From: an uncultured virus (IMG/VR IMGVR_UViG_3300034110_001238)
Taxonomy: Duplodnaviria; Heunggongvirae; Uroviricota; Caudoviricetes
Direction: 5' to 3' (one strand)
Virus record (IMG/VR): IMGVR_UViG_3300034110_001238
DNA length: 64,000 nt
Below, in pieces: positions 18,902 to 27,308 of this stretch. Each line of letters starts with the position of its first letter. Position 1 is the first letter of the stretch. The notes below the pieces were generated by a model that was given only the letters and a program-made list of their open reading frames with translations, made no database searches and had not been told where the DNA came from. The position numbers and the translations under genes are program-made.

Positions 18902-18986
18902 CCCCGGATGGTGGAATTGGTAGACACAGGAGACTTAAAATCTCCCGCCGAAAGGCGTGCCGGTTCGAGTCCGGCTCCGGGGACCA
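18902..18986 (+). tRNA. tRNA-Leu(TAA)
   Basis: GGAGA-CTTAAAA-TCTCC; ACCA. Confidence 0.95.
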
Positions 18987-18990
18987 GATT

Positions 18991-19088
18991 TAATTCAATA
19001 TCGAAGGTTCGAATCCTTTTCTCGTGTTTGCACGGGGTGGTGGAGTGGTAGACACGTTTGCTGAAATGCATTCTAAAATATTGAATTA
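18991..19088 (+). ncRNA. circularly permuted tRNA-like RNA (T arm - closed acceptor - D arm; YrlA-like topology)
   Basis: GAAGG-TTCGAAT-CCTTT, TCTCGTG-TTTG-CACGGGG, TG, GTG-GAGTGGTAGA-CAC, closed by TAATTCAATAT/ATATTGAATTA. Confidence 0.75.
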
Positions 19089-19097
19089 CTTTTTTAT

Positions 19098-19181
19098 GCC
19101 CGAATGGCGAAATGGTAGACGCGGGGGACTTAAAATCCCCTTCCTTCGGGAGTGACGGTTCGAGTCCGTCTTCGGGCACCA
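19098..19181 (+). tRNA. tRNA-Leu(TAA)
   Basis: GGGGA-CTTAAAA-TCCCC; ACCA. Confidence 0.95.
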
Positions 19182-19216
19182 ACTTTATGTTTTATTTCTT
19201 ACAAAGGTATTTAAAC

Positions 19217-19561
19217 ATGACAAACTCAGCCAAAGGTAAAATTGTTATCGTTAATTTGTATGACAATCGTTATTGGAATATCTTCCTTGATGGCGAACTG
19301 GTTGCAGAGCCACATAAAGAAGATTTTACTGATTATGTCTTTAAACGTTCTATTCGAAAAGAATGGGCCGATATTGCTGGTGTTGATGAAACTGATTTGA
19401 GTTACAGTTTAATTGATTTATATGAACATGAAGATAGTATTCCTGATTATGATGCCAATGATTTTGAAGACTATCAAGATTTGATAACCTGTTGCAAAAA
19501 TAATAATATAGATTTTATCTTTGAAAATGTTGATTTAAACTATATTGAAAAGAAGTATTAA
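19217..19561 (+). CDS. small acidic hypothetical protein inside the tRNA array
   Basis: AAGGT RBS before ATG 19217; the longer ORF call overlaps a tRNA. Confidence 0.7.
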   Translation: MTNSAKGKIVIVNLYDNRYWNIFLDGELVAEPHKEDFTDYVFKRSIRKEWADIAGVDETDLSYSLIDLYEHEDSIPDYDANDFEDYQDLITCCKNNNIDFIFENVDLNYIEKKY

Positions 19562-19568
19562 TGTCTAT

Positions 19569-19652
19569 GCGGAAATGGTGGAATGGTAGACACGCTGGTC
19601 TTAGAAGCCAGTGCCGAAAGGCGTGTGGGTTCGAGTCCCACTTTCCGCACCA
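19569..19652 (+). tRNA. tRNA-Leu(TAG)
   Basis: CTGGT-CTTAGAA-GCCAG; ACCA. Confidence 0.95.
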
Positions 19653-19666
19653 ATTAAATCATAATT

Positions 19667-19695
19667 AAAACTGTATATTGTATACAGTTTTTTTT
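19667..19695 (+). terminator. intrinsic terminator ending the tRNA array
   Basis: AAAACTGTATA-TTG-TATACAGTTTTTTTT. Confidence 0.75.
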
Positions 19696-19785
19696 GCTTT
19701 TTAAATGATTAAAAGAAATGATTGTATAATTATCCCTTTTGTATTATAATAATATAGTTAACCAATATAATATAATGAGGATTAA

Positions 19786-20409
19786 ATGACTAGTAAGAAT
19801 GAAATTGTAATTAAAGCGTATATGGCTGGCCCTGATGTCTTTCACCCTGACGCAAAAATAAACGCTGAAGTGACCAGACTATTATGTGAAAAGCACGGTA
19901 TTGTTGCTTTAATTCCATTGGATAATGAAGTGTCTACTGATAACACTCCAAGTCAGATATCCCAAGAAATATACGATAAGAATACTAACTTGATGGATTC
20001 TGCTGACTTGTTTATTGTCAATATGTCACCATTCCGTGGCCCATCAACTGATGTGGGGACTGCATTTGAAATGGGATATGCGGCGGCACAAAAAAAGAAA
20101 GTGTTTGCATTCACATCCGATCTTCGCCCTTACAAAGAACGTGTTGAAGACTACATGAAGAAAGCAGGAAATGATGGTCAAGCTGTTGAAGATTTTGGTA
20201 ATGTGGATAACACTATGCTGGATAAAAGTGTTGTGGAAATTCAAAGTGAGCTTTCAGCAGTCTTGGAATCACCTAAATTTAAAAGTTTCATTTTTATGTT
20301 AAGAAAACAAAAAGAGGAAATCGCTGAGAAATCCGCACTTGACCCAGAACACAATCAGGTTAAAATTCCACGACCAGCAAAAATAGGATCACTCAGATCT
20401 CAACCTTAA
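19786..20409 (+). CDS. nucleoside 2-deoxyribosyltransferase family protein
   Basis: YMAGPDVF, PFRGPSTDVGTAFEMGYA, VEDFG..DNTM. Confidence 0.9.
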   Translation: MTSKNEIVIKAYMAGPDVFHPDAKINAEVTRLLCEKHGIVALIPLDNEVSTDNTPSQISQEIYDKNTNLMDSADLFIVNMSPFRGPSTDVGTAFEMGYAAAQKKKVFAFTSDLRPYKERVEDYMKKAGNDGQAVEDFGNVDNTMLDKSVVEIQSELSAVLESPKFKSFIFMLRKQKEEIAEKSALDPEHNQVKIPRPAKIGSLRSQP

Positions 20410-20422
20410 AATAAAAGCCAGT

Positions 20423-21616
20423 TTACACTGGCTTTATTGTTTTCTTCTGTTTCAATGTGTTACCCCAATCTTTTAATTCAAGTGTCTTAAAATTATCCTT
20501 ACTTGATTTATAGTCATCAATCGTCTCATAGAATCTGACCACTTGATATCCATACTCTTTCAATTTATCGAATAACAGTTTCTTCTGAAAATCAGGAGTT
20601 CTTGATTCAGCTTTCGATATACCATATTTTTCAAAATAAGCATCTTTCAATAACATGAAAGGGTTGATTTTTTCTTTGAATTCACTTTTGTCAGCATGTG
20701 TTAAAATATTTCTTGAATACAAGTTGTCAGCCAACTTCATAAAATATTGCTTTCCATATTCATTGTCATTTGTTTCGTATTCATCTAAGCTGTTCACATT
20801 GAACGCAGAGTTGTTATAAAGCAATCCAATGTTTAAAGTTTTGACACCACTTAAACTATCTTTAATGCCAAATCTTTTTGTGAGGTAGTCATTAGGTTGT
20901 TCAATATTGAGTTCATTCTTAAAATTAATGGTTAAGCATTCAATTAATGCGTAAGTTTCCACTCGCATATTATCATTTCTGGTTCTTAATGTTTCTAATG
21001 TTTGTGAATAGGTTTCTGTTTCAATTTCGAATTGAGCAGAAATATCATCATCAAATTCATTTTGTAAAATCAATAACTCGTTTTCCAATGCTAATAATTC
21101 ATTGGCTGCAGTTGTTTTCTGAGACAATCTATAATTCTTAACGTCATCATCATTCACATCAATATCAAGCATAGATTCGGCAACATCAAGTTCTCTTGAT
21201 TTCGATTCAATCTTATCATTAAGATCATTGTATTTATTATGAGCTTCTTCCCAACGATTTATAATCTGATTGATATAACGCTCTTGTGAATCTACATCAA
21301 TGTTGAAATGATACATTTCTTTGATATTATCAATCATCATATTTATTTCTAAATCTGATTTAAGAGCTTTTACTTCATCAGGAAGGTTTTCATAGCTAGC
21401 AATCACATCAGAAACCCATTTCTTTAAGTTATCAACAGCTTCGAAGAGATCATATGAATATACGGTTAAATCACTTGGATTTTGATAAAGAGCGACTTCG
21501 AATACTCGTGTACACGTTTTACCTTGAAAGATAAGTGGATTAATAAAAGGGCATGTAATAGGATGTGTTTCATGGTAACCAAGTAAAGTGTCAGTGAGTA
21601 TTTGTTTCATCGTCAT
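20423..21616 (-). CDS. coiled-coil hypothetical protein
   Basis: 397-aa ORF. Confidence 0.75.
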   Translation of the reverse strand: MTMKQILTDTLLGYHETHPITCPFINPLIFQGKTCTRVFEVALYQNPSDLTVYSYDLFEAVDNLKKWVSDVIASYENLPDEVKALKSDLEINMMIDNIKEMYHFNIDVDSQERYINQIINRWEEAHNKYNDLNDKIESKSRELDVAESMLDIDVNDDDVKNYRLSQKTTAANELLALENELLILQNEFDDDISAQFEIETETYSQTLETLRTRNDNMRVETYALIECLTINFKNELNIEQPNDYLTKRFGIKDSLSGVKTLNIGLLYNNSAFNVNSLDEYETNDNEYGKQYFMKLADNLYSRNILTHADKSEFKEKINPFMLLKDAYFEKYGISKAESRTPDFQKKLLFDKLKEYGYQVVRFYETIDDYKSSKDNFKTLELKDWGNTLKQKKTIKPV

Positions 21617-21745
21617 TTAAGGTTATTATTTATTATATTGTAGCATGTTTTCAGATAGGAACAAAAAATAATAATATCTAACAGTTGAAAAAAAACAAAA
21701 AAACGTGTATAATCATACTGTAAAAAACCTATAGGAGATTTGCTT

Positions 21746-21934
21746 ATGAGCACTATTAATTTTAATGTAAACAATCATTGCACTTACAGCGTTACCAAAG
21801 TAGTCCATGAACGTGATGTCATCAACAGACAAGTGAACACAGACGTTGAAATACAAAAGCATGTCTACGAGACTAATAAAATAGAACAAGAACAAAACAA
21901 TACAGTACATCAACGTATAGACGTTTACGTTTAA
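21746..21934 (+). CDS. small hypothetical protein ending RIDVYV
   Basis: TTGAAA-17-TATAAT promoter, AGGAG RBS, terminator at 21937-21961. Confidence 0.65.
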   Translation: MSTINFNVNNHCTYSVTKVVHERDVINRQVNTDVEIQKHVYETNKIEQEQNNTVHQRIDVYV

Positions 21935-21990
21935 ATAAAAGACCTTTGAAAAGGTCTTTTTGCTAAAAAATATAAAAAGGACTAAAACCC

Positions 21991-22965
21991 ATGCAGAACT
22001 TTGAAACAAAAGAATTAGACAACGCCCTTAAATTTTTAAGTCTTCTTGGCTGTGAATTAAGCTCACTTGAATATATAGAAAAAGATGGCGTTTTTTATAA
22101 TTCTAAAAGCTTTGAACCTATCGACAACCTCTTGACTTATATCTTAATCAACTATCAACATCCATCTGATCTTCATTTTAATTTTGATAGTAGAAATAAA
22201 ACCATTGGGTTAAGAATTAGGCGACATGGGCAACTGATAAAAACATCATTAATATCAACTTCAAAAGACAATTATACCAATGCTCAATTTGGAAACAGTT
22301 CAATAAATTATTCAACAGAATATTTTAAAGATATATTTTCAAAAATTATTGTTAAAAGTTCAATGGAAAGTGGAGAAAGTTACGATTTCCTAAGCGATGT
22401 AACCATTCCTGTTTTTGGCAATTATAGATTAATGAAAGTTGCTTGTGGTCATGATGGACTTGTAAGAATTCTCAGTCAAGATCAAAATTATGGTATTAGT
22501 CATGATAATAATATTATGCAAATTAAAGAAAATCCTATATACATAGGTGAAGCTGAATTTAACAAAAACCTACTGATTTGTAGTTCATTTATTACATTAA
22601 CTCCTGAAATTCAACAACAAGTTGAACTCTACAATGATAACATATTAAAAATGTTTAATGCCATTCCTCATCTAATTGAATCATTTAATAATGGCTATCT
22701 AGATAAAAAAATGAAACTTGTTTTAGAATATATCGGTGACAATGTAATCAATGTCAGTATTTCAAAAAATTATTCAACTGGGCATGAAATGGACAAAGTT
22801 ATTTCAAAATATCTTTATGAAAATTATCAAGATTTTTATGATCCAGTCTTCACAAACTTTGTTGAAAATGTGACCAAAGTAAAAATAGATCCAACAATTG
22901 GAGAGTTTAAAACACCAGAAGCTTTTCAAAATTATCTGTTATCACTCGCTATGTTTAAAATTTAA
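21991..22965 (+). CDS. hypothetical protein (C-terminal MxxI motif)
   Basis: ORF with AAGGA RBS; ends SLAMFKI. Confidence 0.75.
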   Translation: MQNFETKELDNALKFLSLLGCELSSLEYIEKDGVFYNSKSFEPIDNLLTYILINYQHPSDLHFNFDSRNKTIGLRIRRHGQLIKTSLISTSKDNYTNAQFGNSSINYSTEYFKDIFSKIIVKSSMESGESYDFLSDVTIPVFGNYRLMKVACGHDGLVRILSQDQNYGISHDNNIMQIKENPIYIGEAEFNKNLLICSSFITLTPEIQQQVELYNDNILKMFNAIPHLIESFNNGYLDKKMKLVLEYIGDNVINVSISKNYSTGHEMDKVISKYLYENYQDFYDPVFTNFVENVTKVKIDPTIGEFKTPEAFQNYLLSLAMFKI

Positions 22966-23019
22966 TACGGTTAAAACAAAAAACCGCCTAGGCGGTTTAG
23001 TTGTCTCTACATATGGTTA

Positions 23020-24150
23020 TTATAGTTGTTGTAATTCTTCGATACTGACTGTTTTCGACGTGTTTGTTTCTCTGTTCAACACTTCATATTGATTGTTAAC
23101 AATACTCTTGTTACTGACAATAATACGATTGCTGACACCAATCAATTCACTATCATTGAACTTATTACCTGCTGAGATATTTCTATCATCTAACAAGACT
23201 GAATAACCTTGTTTCTTTAATGATTGATAAAGACCATCAGCGACTTCTTTATTCTTCTCATAATCAATAGCCGTTATAATGTAATCAAAGGTATTGAAAG
23301 CTGCAGTGCCAAAGAAACCTTTTTCATCACGTTGTTTTTCTAATAAAGCCATCAATGTTCTGGATACACCAATACCAAAGCATGCCATATTCACATGTTG
23401 TTTGATATTATCCAATAAGCCCATTTTTTCAGAGTAGTGAATACCCAAGTTAAAGATGTGTCCTATTTCAAGGTTTTTGCTACCATCTTCACCGATATCC
23501 TCACCAAACTCACTGATACAACGGAACTCTTCTGACGCTATACCACCCATCTCACCCACATCAGATCCTTGAATATGAAATTCTAATCCTAAACGTGTAA
23601 ATATTTTGATATAGGCTTCTTTCACTTCATTGTAAGTCGTCACAATATTCTCTTTGCTATTAGAGAAATGATAAGCATCTGACATTAAAAACTCACGACC
23701 ACGCACTAAACCAGATTTAGCTCTTAACTCATCTCTATATTTATTACCAATTTGAAACATCTTCAAATTTGTTTTCGTAAAATTGTAGTAAGACTTTACA
23801 ATGTTAGTGATGGATTCTTCACATGTAGCACTCAAAACAAGCTCTTTGCCAGCCCTGTTTTTTAATTTGAATAATTCTTCACCGTATTGGTCATATCGGC
23901 CCGTTTCTTTCCATAAATCAGCGTCTTGAATTAAACTTAAACGCATTTGTGAAAAGCCAATCTCTGATAATTCATCTTCGATGATTCGTTCTATCTTCTT
24001 CTCTAAGATATAACCCAGTGACAAAGTGGAATAAATGCCAGATGAGTCTTGATTAAAGAAGCACGCTTTTTTAGTTAAGTCTACCAAGTTCAATGATTGG
24101 TTATCTTTAGCGAATGAACTGTTGTTAAAAAATATGTTTGAAAATTTCAT
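23020..24150 (-). CDS. proS: prolyl-tRNA synthetase, short form lacking the INS editing domain
   Basis: LWKETGRY, ATCEE, KYRDELRAKSGLVRGREFLMSDAY, EIGHIFNLG, MACFGIGVSR, LLDDR anticodon-binding domain. Confidence 0.93.
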   Translation of the reverse strand: MKFSNIFFNNSSFAKDNQSLNLVDLTKKACFFNQDSSGIYSTLSLGYILEKKIERIIEDELSEIGFSQMRLSLIQDADLWKETGRYDQYGEELFKLKNRAGKELVLSATCEESITNIVKSYYNFTKTNLKMFQIGNKYRDELRAKSGLVRGREFLMSDAYHFSNSKENIVTTYNEVKEAYIKIFTRLGLEFHIQGSDVGEMGGIASEEFRCISEFGEDIGEDGSKNLEIGHIFNLGIHYSEKMGLLDNIKQHVNMACFGIGVSRTLMALLEKQRDEKGFFGTAAFNTFDYIITAIDYEKNKEVADGLYQSLKKQGYSVLLDDRNISAGNKFNDSELIGVSNRIIVSNKSIVNNQYEVLNRETNTSKTVSIEELQQL

Positions 24151-24210
24151 GATGTGTATCCTCTTAAATTGATTTATTTTATTGTGTTGTAATAGTTTGT
24201 TTTGAGCAAT

Positions 24211-24233
24211 AAAAAACGCCCATATTGGGCGTT
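24211..24233 (-). terminator. attenuator terminator upstream of proS
   Basis: AACGCCC-AATAT-GGGCGTT-TTTT on the minus strand, ~60 nt before the proS start. Confidence 0.8.
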
Positions 24234-24260
24234 AAGGTCAATTTAAAAGTAAATAGAGTC

Positions 24261-24323
24261 TTAGACGCCCAACATGAGCGGTAGAGGTCGAATAGTTTTG
24301 AATAATGCAATATTACTTTTCAT
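24261..24323 (-). CDS. proS leader peptide MKSNIALFKTIRPLPLMLGV
   Basis: AGGA RBS; CCT and CCG codons just 5' of an 11-nt segment complementary to the terminator 5' arm. Confidence 0.75.
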   Translation of the reverse strand: MKSNIALFKTIRPLPLMLGV

Positions 24324-24348
24324 TTTGTATTTTCCTATGTATTTTTAA

Positions 24349-24377
24349 ATTATACGTTATTTATTGGAATTTAGCAA
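24349..24377 (-). promoter_or_regulatory. promoter of proS leader
   Basis: TTGCTA-17bp-TATAAT. Confidence 0.7.
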
Positions 24378-24474
24378 GCTTTTATTATTAAAATAATAGA
24401 TTAAAAGTGTCTTTAAATCAATTGACATTTCATCATGACTAATTTAAAATATCAGCTCATAATGAGGTGTTTTC

Positions 24475-24936
24475 ATGCTCAATCTTAAAGAACTACTAAT
24501 CAAAAAAGTTAAAAATTACAAAATTGGTGACATTGATTCCAAAGATGCAGACAGACTTCGAAAAGGCATGATAGCATTCATAAAAAACAACAGTGTTGAA
24601 AAAATTGATGAAGCATTAGATATCTATCTCAACAAATTATACGAACTATGCGAAATTAATGATTTTGAAGGTGTAACAACCATTACACAGATAACCAGCA
24701 TTTTTAAAGCTTTAAAACCATATATTGATAAAAATGTTAACGATATTTTTAATGCTCAAACATCATTAGAGATAAATCAATATGAACAACAAGAACCGTT
24801 CTTTGTTTCATTTATTGTATCTATCTATAATATTGTCAATATAGAAGATGATAACTATAAAACAGAATTGATTAATGATTTAACATTCTTTATCGAAGAA
24901 GTTCTTGAAACTATTGAAGAAGAAACAGATGAATAG
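24475..24936 (+). CDS. hypothetical protein
   Basis: TTGACA promoter, GAGGT RBS, terminator. Confidence 0.75.
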   Translation: MLNLKELLIKKVKNYKIGDIDSKDADRLRKGMIAFIKNNSVEKIDEALDIYLNKLYELCEINDFEGVTTITQITSIFKALKPYIDKNVNDIFNAQTSLEINQYEQQEPFFVSFIVSIYNIVNIEDDNYKTELINDLTFFIEEVLETIEEETDE

Positions 24937-25012
24937 AATATAACAACAAAATCCGCCAGAAAAAGCGGATTTTTTTATATCTAGTTTTATTGTTCTGATC
25001 ACCAAAATCAAA

Positions 25013-25204
25013 TTATATTTTAGTATTTTTAAACCTAAATAAAGACTGATCATTTTCATCTATGATTGAGTCCATTTTAGTTTCCATAAGACAAAGGAGT
25101 TGTTCAACGCCTTATTTACTAACACCGAAGTCATCTAAAATTGCAGTCAAAACATATTTCAAAGATGGCTCTTTTTTTTGTTTTGTTGCTGAATTATATG
25201 ACAT
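25013..25204 (-). pseudogene. small ORF interrupted by an in-frame TAA
   Basis: GGAG RBS, MSYNSATK...FGVSK*GVEQLL...NTKI*; stop at 25112-25114. Confidence 0.35.
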
Positions 25205-25321
25205 ATGGTTTCTCCAATATATTCATTTATAAAAAAATTTAAACACTATAATAAAATTTTCAACTCAAAATGGCAATCAATATTTTTCATGATAATCTAT
25301 TTGAAAGACTATGAGTTCAAT

Positions 25322-25750
25322 ATGGAAAAGTTAACATTTGCGAAACGTGTAAAGATAGCTGAAAAAAGATTAGGGATTAAGTTGCCTATATCTTATATAA
25401 AATTTATCAAAGGATTTGAAGGCGTTGAACATTCAGATGACAAATGTTCTGGTAAATGGTTGACATTAGAAGAATTAGGAGACGGCAATGACTTCAACAT
25501 TGATATTGATGACAGCACACCAGAAATACGCTCAAAATTAGTTGTTGTGTATACAAACAGCGTAAATGATCGACTTGTTATAGATACACGTCCTATTAAC
25601 GATGGCAGTTATGGTACCATTATTTATCCCGGTGATCCAGAAACAGACTCAGTAGACATTCAATATTATAATTTTGAAGAATTTTTGGACAGTGAAGCCC
25701 GATTAGATGAAAACAACCAATTACAGTTTGATTATTTTAGTTGGGGTTAA
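25322..25750 (+). CDS. SMI1/KNR4 (SUKH) family protein
   Basis: AEKRLGIKLPISYIKF...NFEEFL. Confidence 0.75.
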   Translation: MEKLTFAKRVKIAEKRLGIKLPISYIKFIKGFEGVEHSDDKCSGKWLTLEELGDGNDFNIDIDDSTPEIRSKLVVVYTNSVNDRLVIDTRPINDGSYGTIIYPGDPETDSVDIQYYNFEEFLDSEARLDENNQLQFDYFSWG

Positions 25751-25854
25751 AAAACATTAAATTTGGCTTTTTTAAGAATTAATTTGAATGTGTGCCGTTG
25801 ACTTTATTCTTTTTCGATCTATTCTAATTTTAATTTATTAAAATGGAGTCTGTT

Positions 25855-26544
25855 ATGAATGAAAAAATATTGGAAGTTACAATAACAAGTAAAAATACTC
25901 ATATGAAAAATGAACTACAAGTGCATGATGCAGTACTCACTTATGAACGTAACACTGGAAATCCTTTTAACAGAAAAACAACAACAGTCTATTCCCAAAC
26001 TACATATTATGATAACTATACAAAAATAAAAATTGAAGCCATAGATAAAGAAAATAAAACATATTCATTAAAAGTATCTAGAGATGATTTTTTACCAGAA
26101 ATAGGTGATACAATCAAAGTGTGTATCAATAATTATAATGAAATAATAGCCTATCAACCTTACACTAATGCTGATCCAGTTTCTATAATAAAAAATCATA
26201 AATTTAGTCCATTTGATTACTATAAATGGTCATTTATAATTTATACGTTTCCCTTGTCATCTCCATTCATTGCACTACAAGCACTGAAGACTGAGAAAAA
26301 ATTCGTAGATGGTGATTTAAAAAATACATACATTTTTAGTATTACTGCACTGGTAATCATAGCGATTCAAATCTATTCTTCATACAATCTTTATAAATAT
26401 GGCTGGTCAGGATTTGTTCATTCAGCAATAGGGTACGTAATATCTGGTGCCCTTTTTGTAGGTTCAATTTTATTACATGATCTACGAGAAACAGCAAGTA
26501 AATCATTATATATCTCGAAATTAAAAAAAATGTTGAAAAATTAA
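25855..26544 (+). CDS. membrane protein (C-terminal TMs)
   Basis: GGAG RBS; three hydrophobic segments. Confidence 0.7.
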   Translation: MNEKILEVTITSKNTHMKNELQVHDAVLTYERNTGNPFNRKTTTVYSQTTYYDNYTKIKIEAIDKENKTYSLKVSRDDFLPEIGDTIKVCINNYNEIIAYQPYTNADPVSIIKNHKFSPFDYYKWSFIIYTFPLSSPFIALQALKTEKKFVDGDLKNTYIFSITALVIIAIQIYSSYNLYKYGWSGFVHSAIGYVISGALFVGSILLHDLRETASKSLYISKLKKMLKN

Positions 26545-26557
26545 GGAGCTTAAAATT

Positions 26558-27265
26558 ATGTTTAAAATTCATAAATGTGAAGTTAGAAATAAAAAAGAAT
26601 ACAACATAAAAAATGGTGAAACTAGAATTGTTAATGCTTATGGAGGTGGTCATAGACATTACGTACAAGAGAAAAAAATAAATGGAATAGTTGCTGGTGA
26701 TTATACTTTATATCAATATGATCTCAAAGATATAGAAACTGGTCAACTTTTTGCTATGAAGACAGAATATAACATCGAACTTGATGATAAACCTTTATAC
26801 ATAGGAGTAGAAGGTAAGGATATTGTTGCGTTCTCAAAAAATGAATTAAGTGATAAAAAGAAAGAAGGTCAAAAAAATTATACTTTAATCGAAAACAAAA
26901 CATCATATTTTACAATAAAACAATTTTTTATAGGTCTTTTAATATTATTTGCATATATGATTCCTTTTGCACAAGTAGTGATGCATTGGTCATTTATTAA
27001 AGATTGGTCAAATGAAATAAAAAAGGATTATTCAAATTATCCAAAACTTGTATTTCAAATAATTATGGGACTTATGTTATTAAATTATTTAAAAATTCTT
27101 TATTTGGGCTTGGGTAAGCACAGCAATACACTTGCTGGATGGTATTCTTACATACAGCCATTGACAATAACAACAGGATTATTATCGTTTGCTATTTTTA
27201 TTGGTGGATTATGTTATTTCAAAATAAAAAGAATTAAAAATTTAGAGAATTTTAATAATATATAA
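26558..27265 (+). CDS. membrane protein with similar architecture to the upstream ORF
   Basis: AGGAG RBS; three C-terminal hydrophobic segments. Confidence 0.7.
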   Translation: MFKIHKCEVRNKKEYNIKNGETRIVNAYGGGHRHYVQEKKINGIVAGDYTLYQYDLKDIETGQLFAMKTEYNIELDDKPLYIGVEGKDIVAFSKNELSDKKKEGQKNYTLIENKTSYFTIKQFFIGLLILFAYMIPFAQVVMHWSFIKDWSNEIKKDYSNYPKLVFQIIMGLMLLNYLKILYLGLGKHSNTLAGWYSYIQPLTITTGLLSFAIFIGGLCYFKIKRIKNLENFNNI

Positions 27266-27308
27266 AAAAGGAGCCTAGGCTCCTTCTTTATTTAGACATA
27301 ATAAATAT

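Noticed and set aside
17829..19182. ORF-track calls at 17829, 18503, 18854, 18898 and the 19112 start
   Set aside because: They are shadows of tRNA genes; the real CDS starts at 19217
25013..25204. In-frame stop as evidence for genetic-code reassignment
   Set aside because: Single TAA case; other genes translate normally with TAA, TAG and TGA stops, and no suppressor tRNA is present
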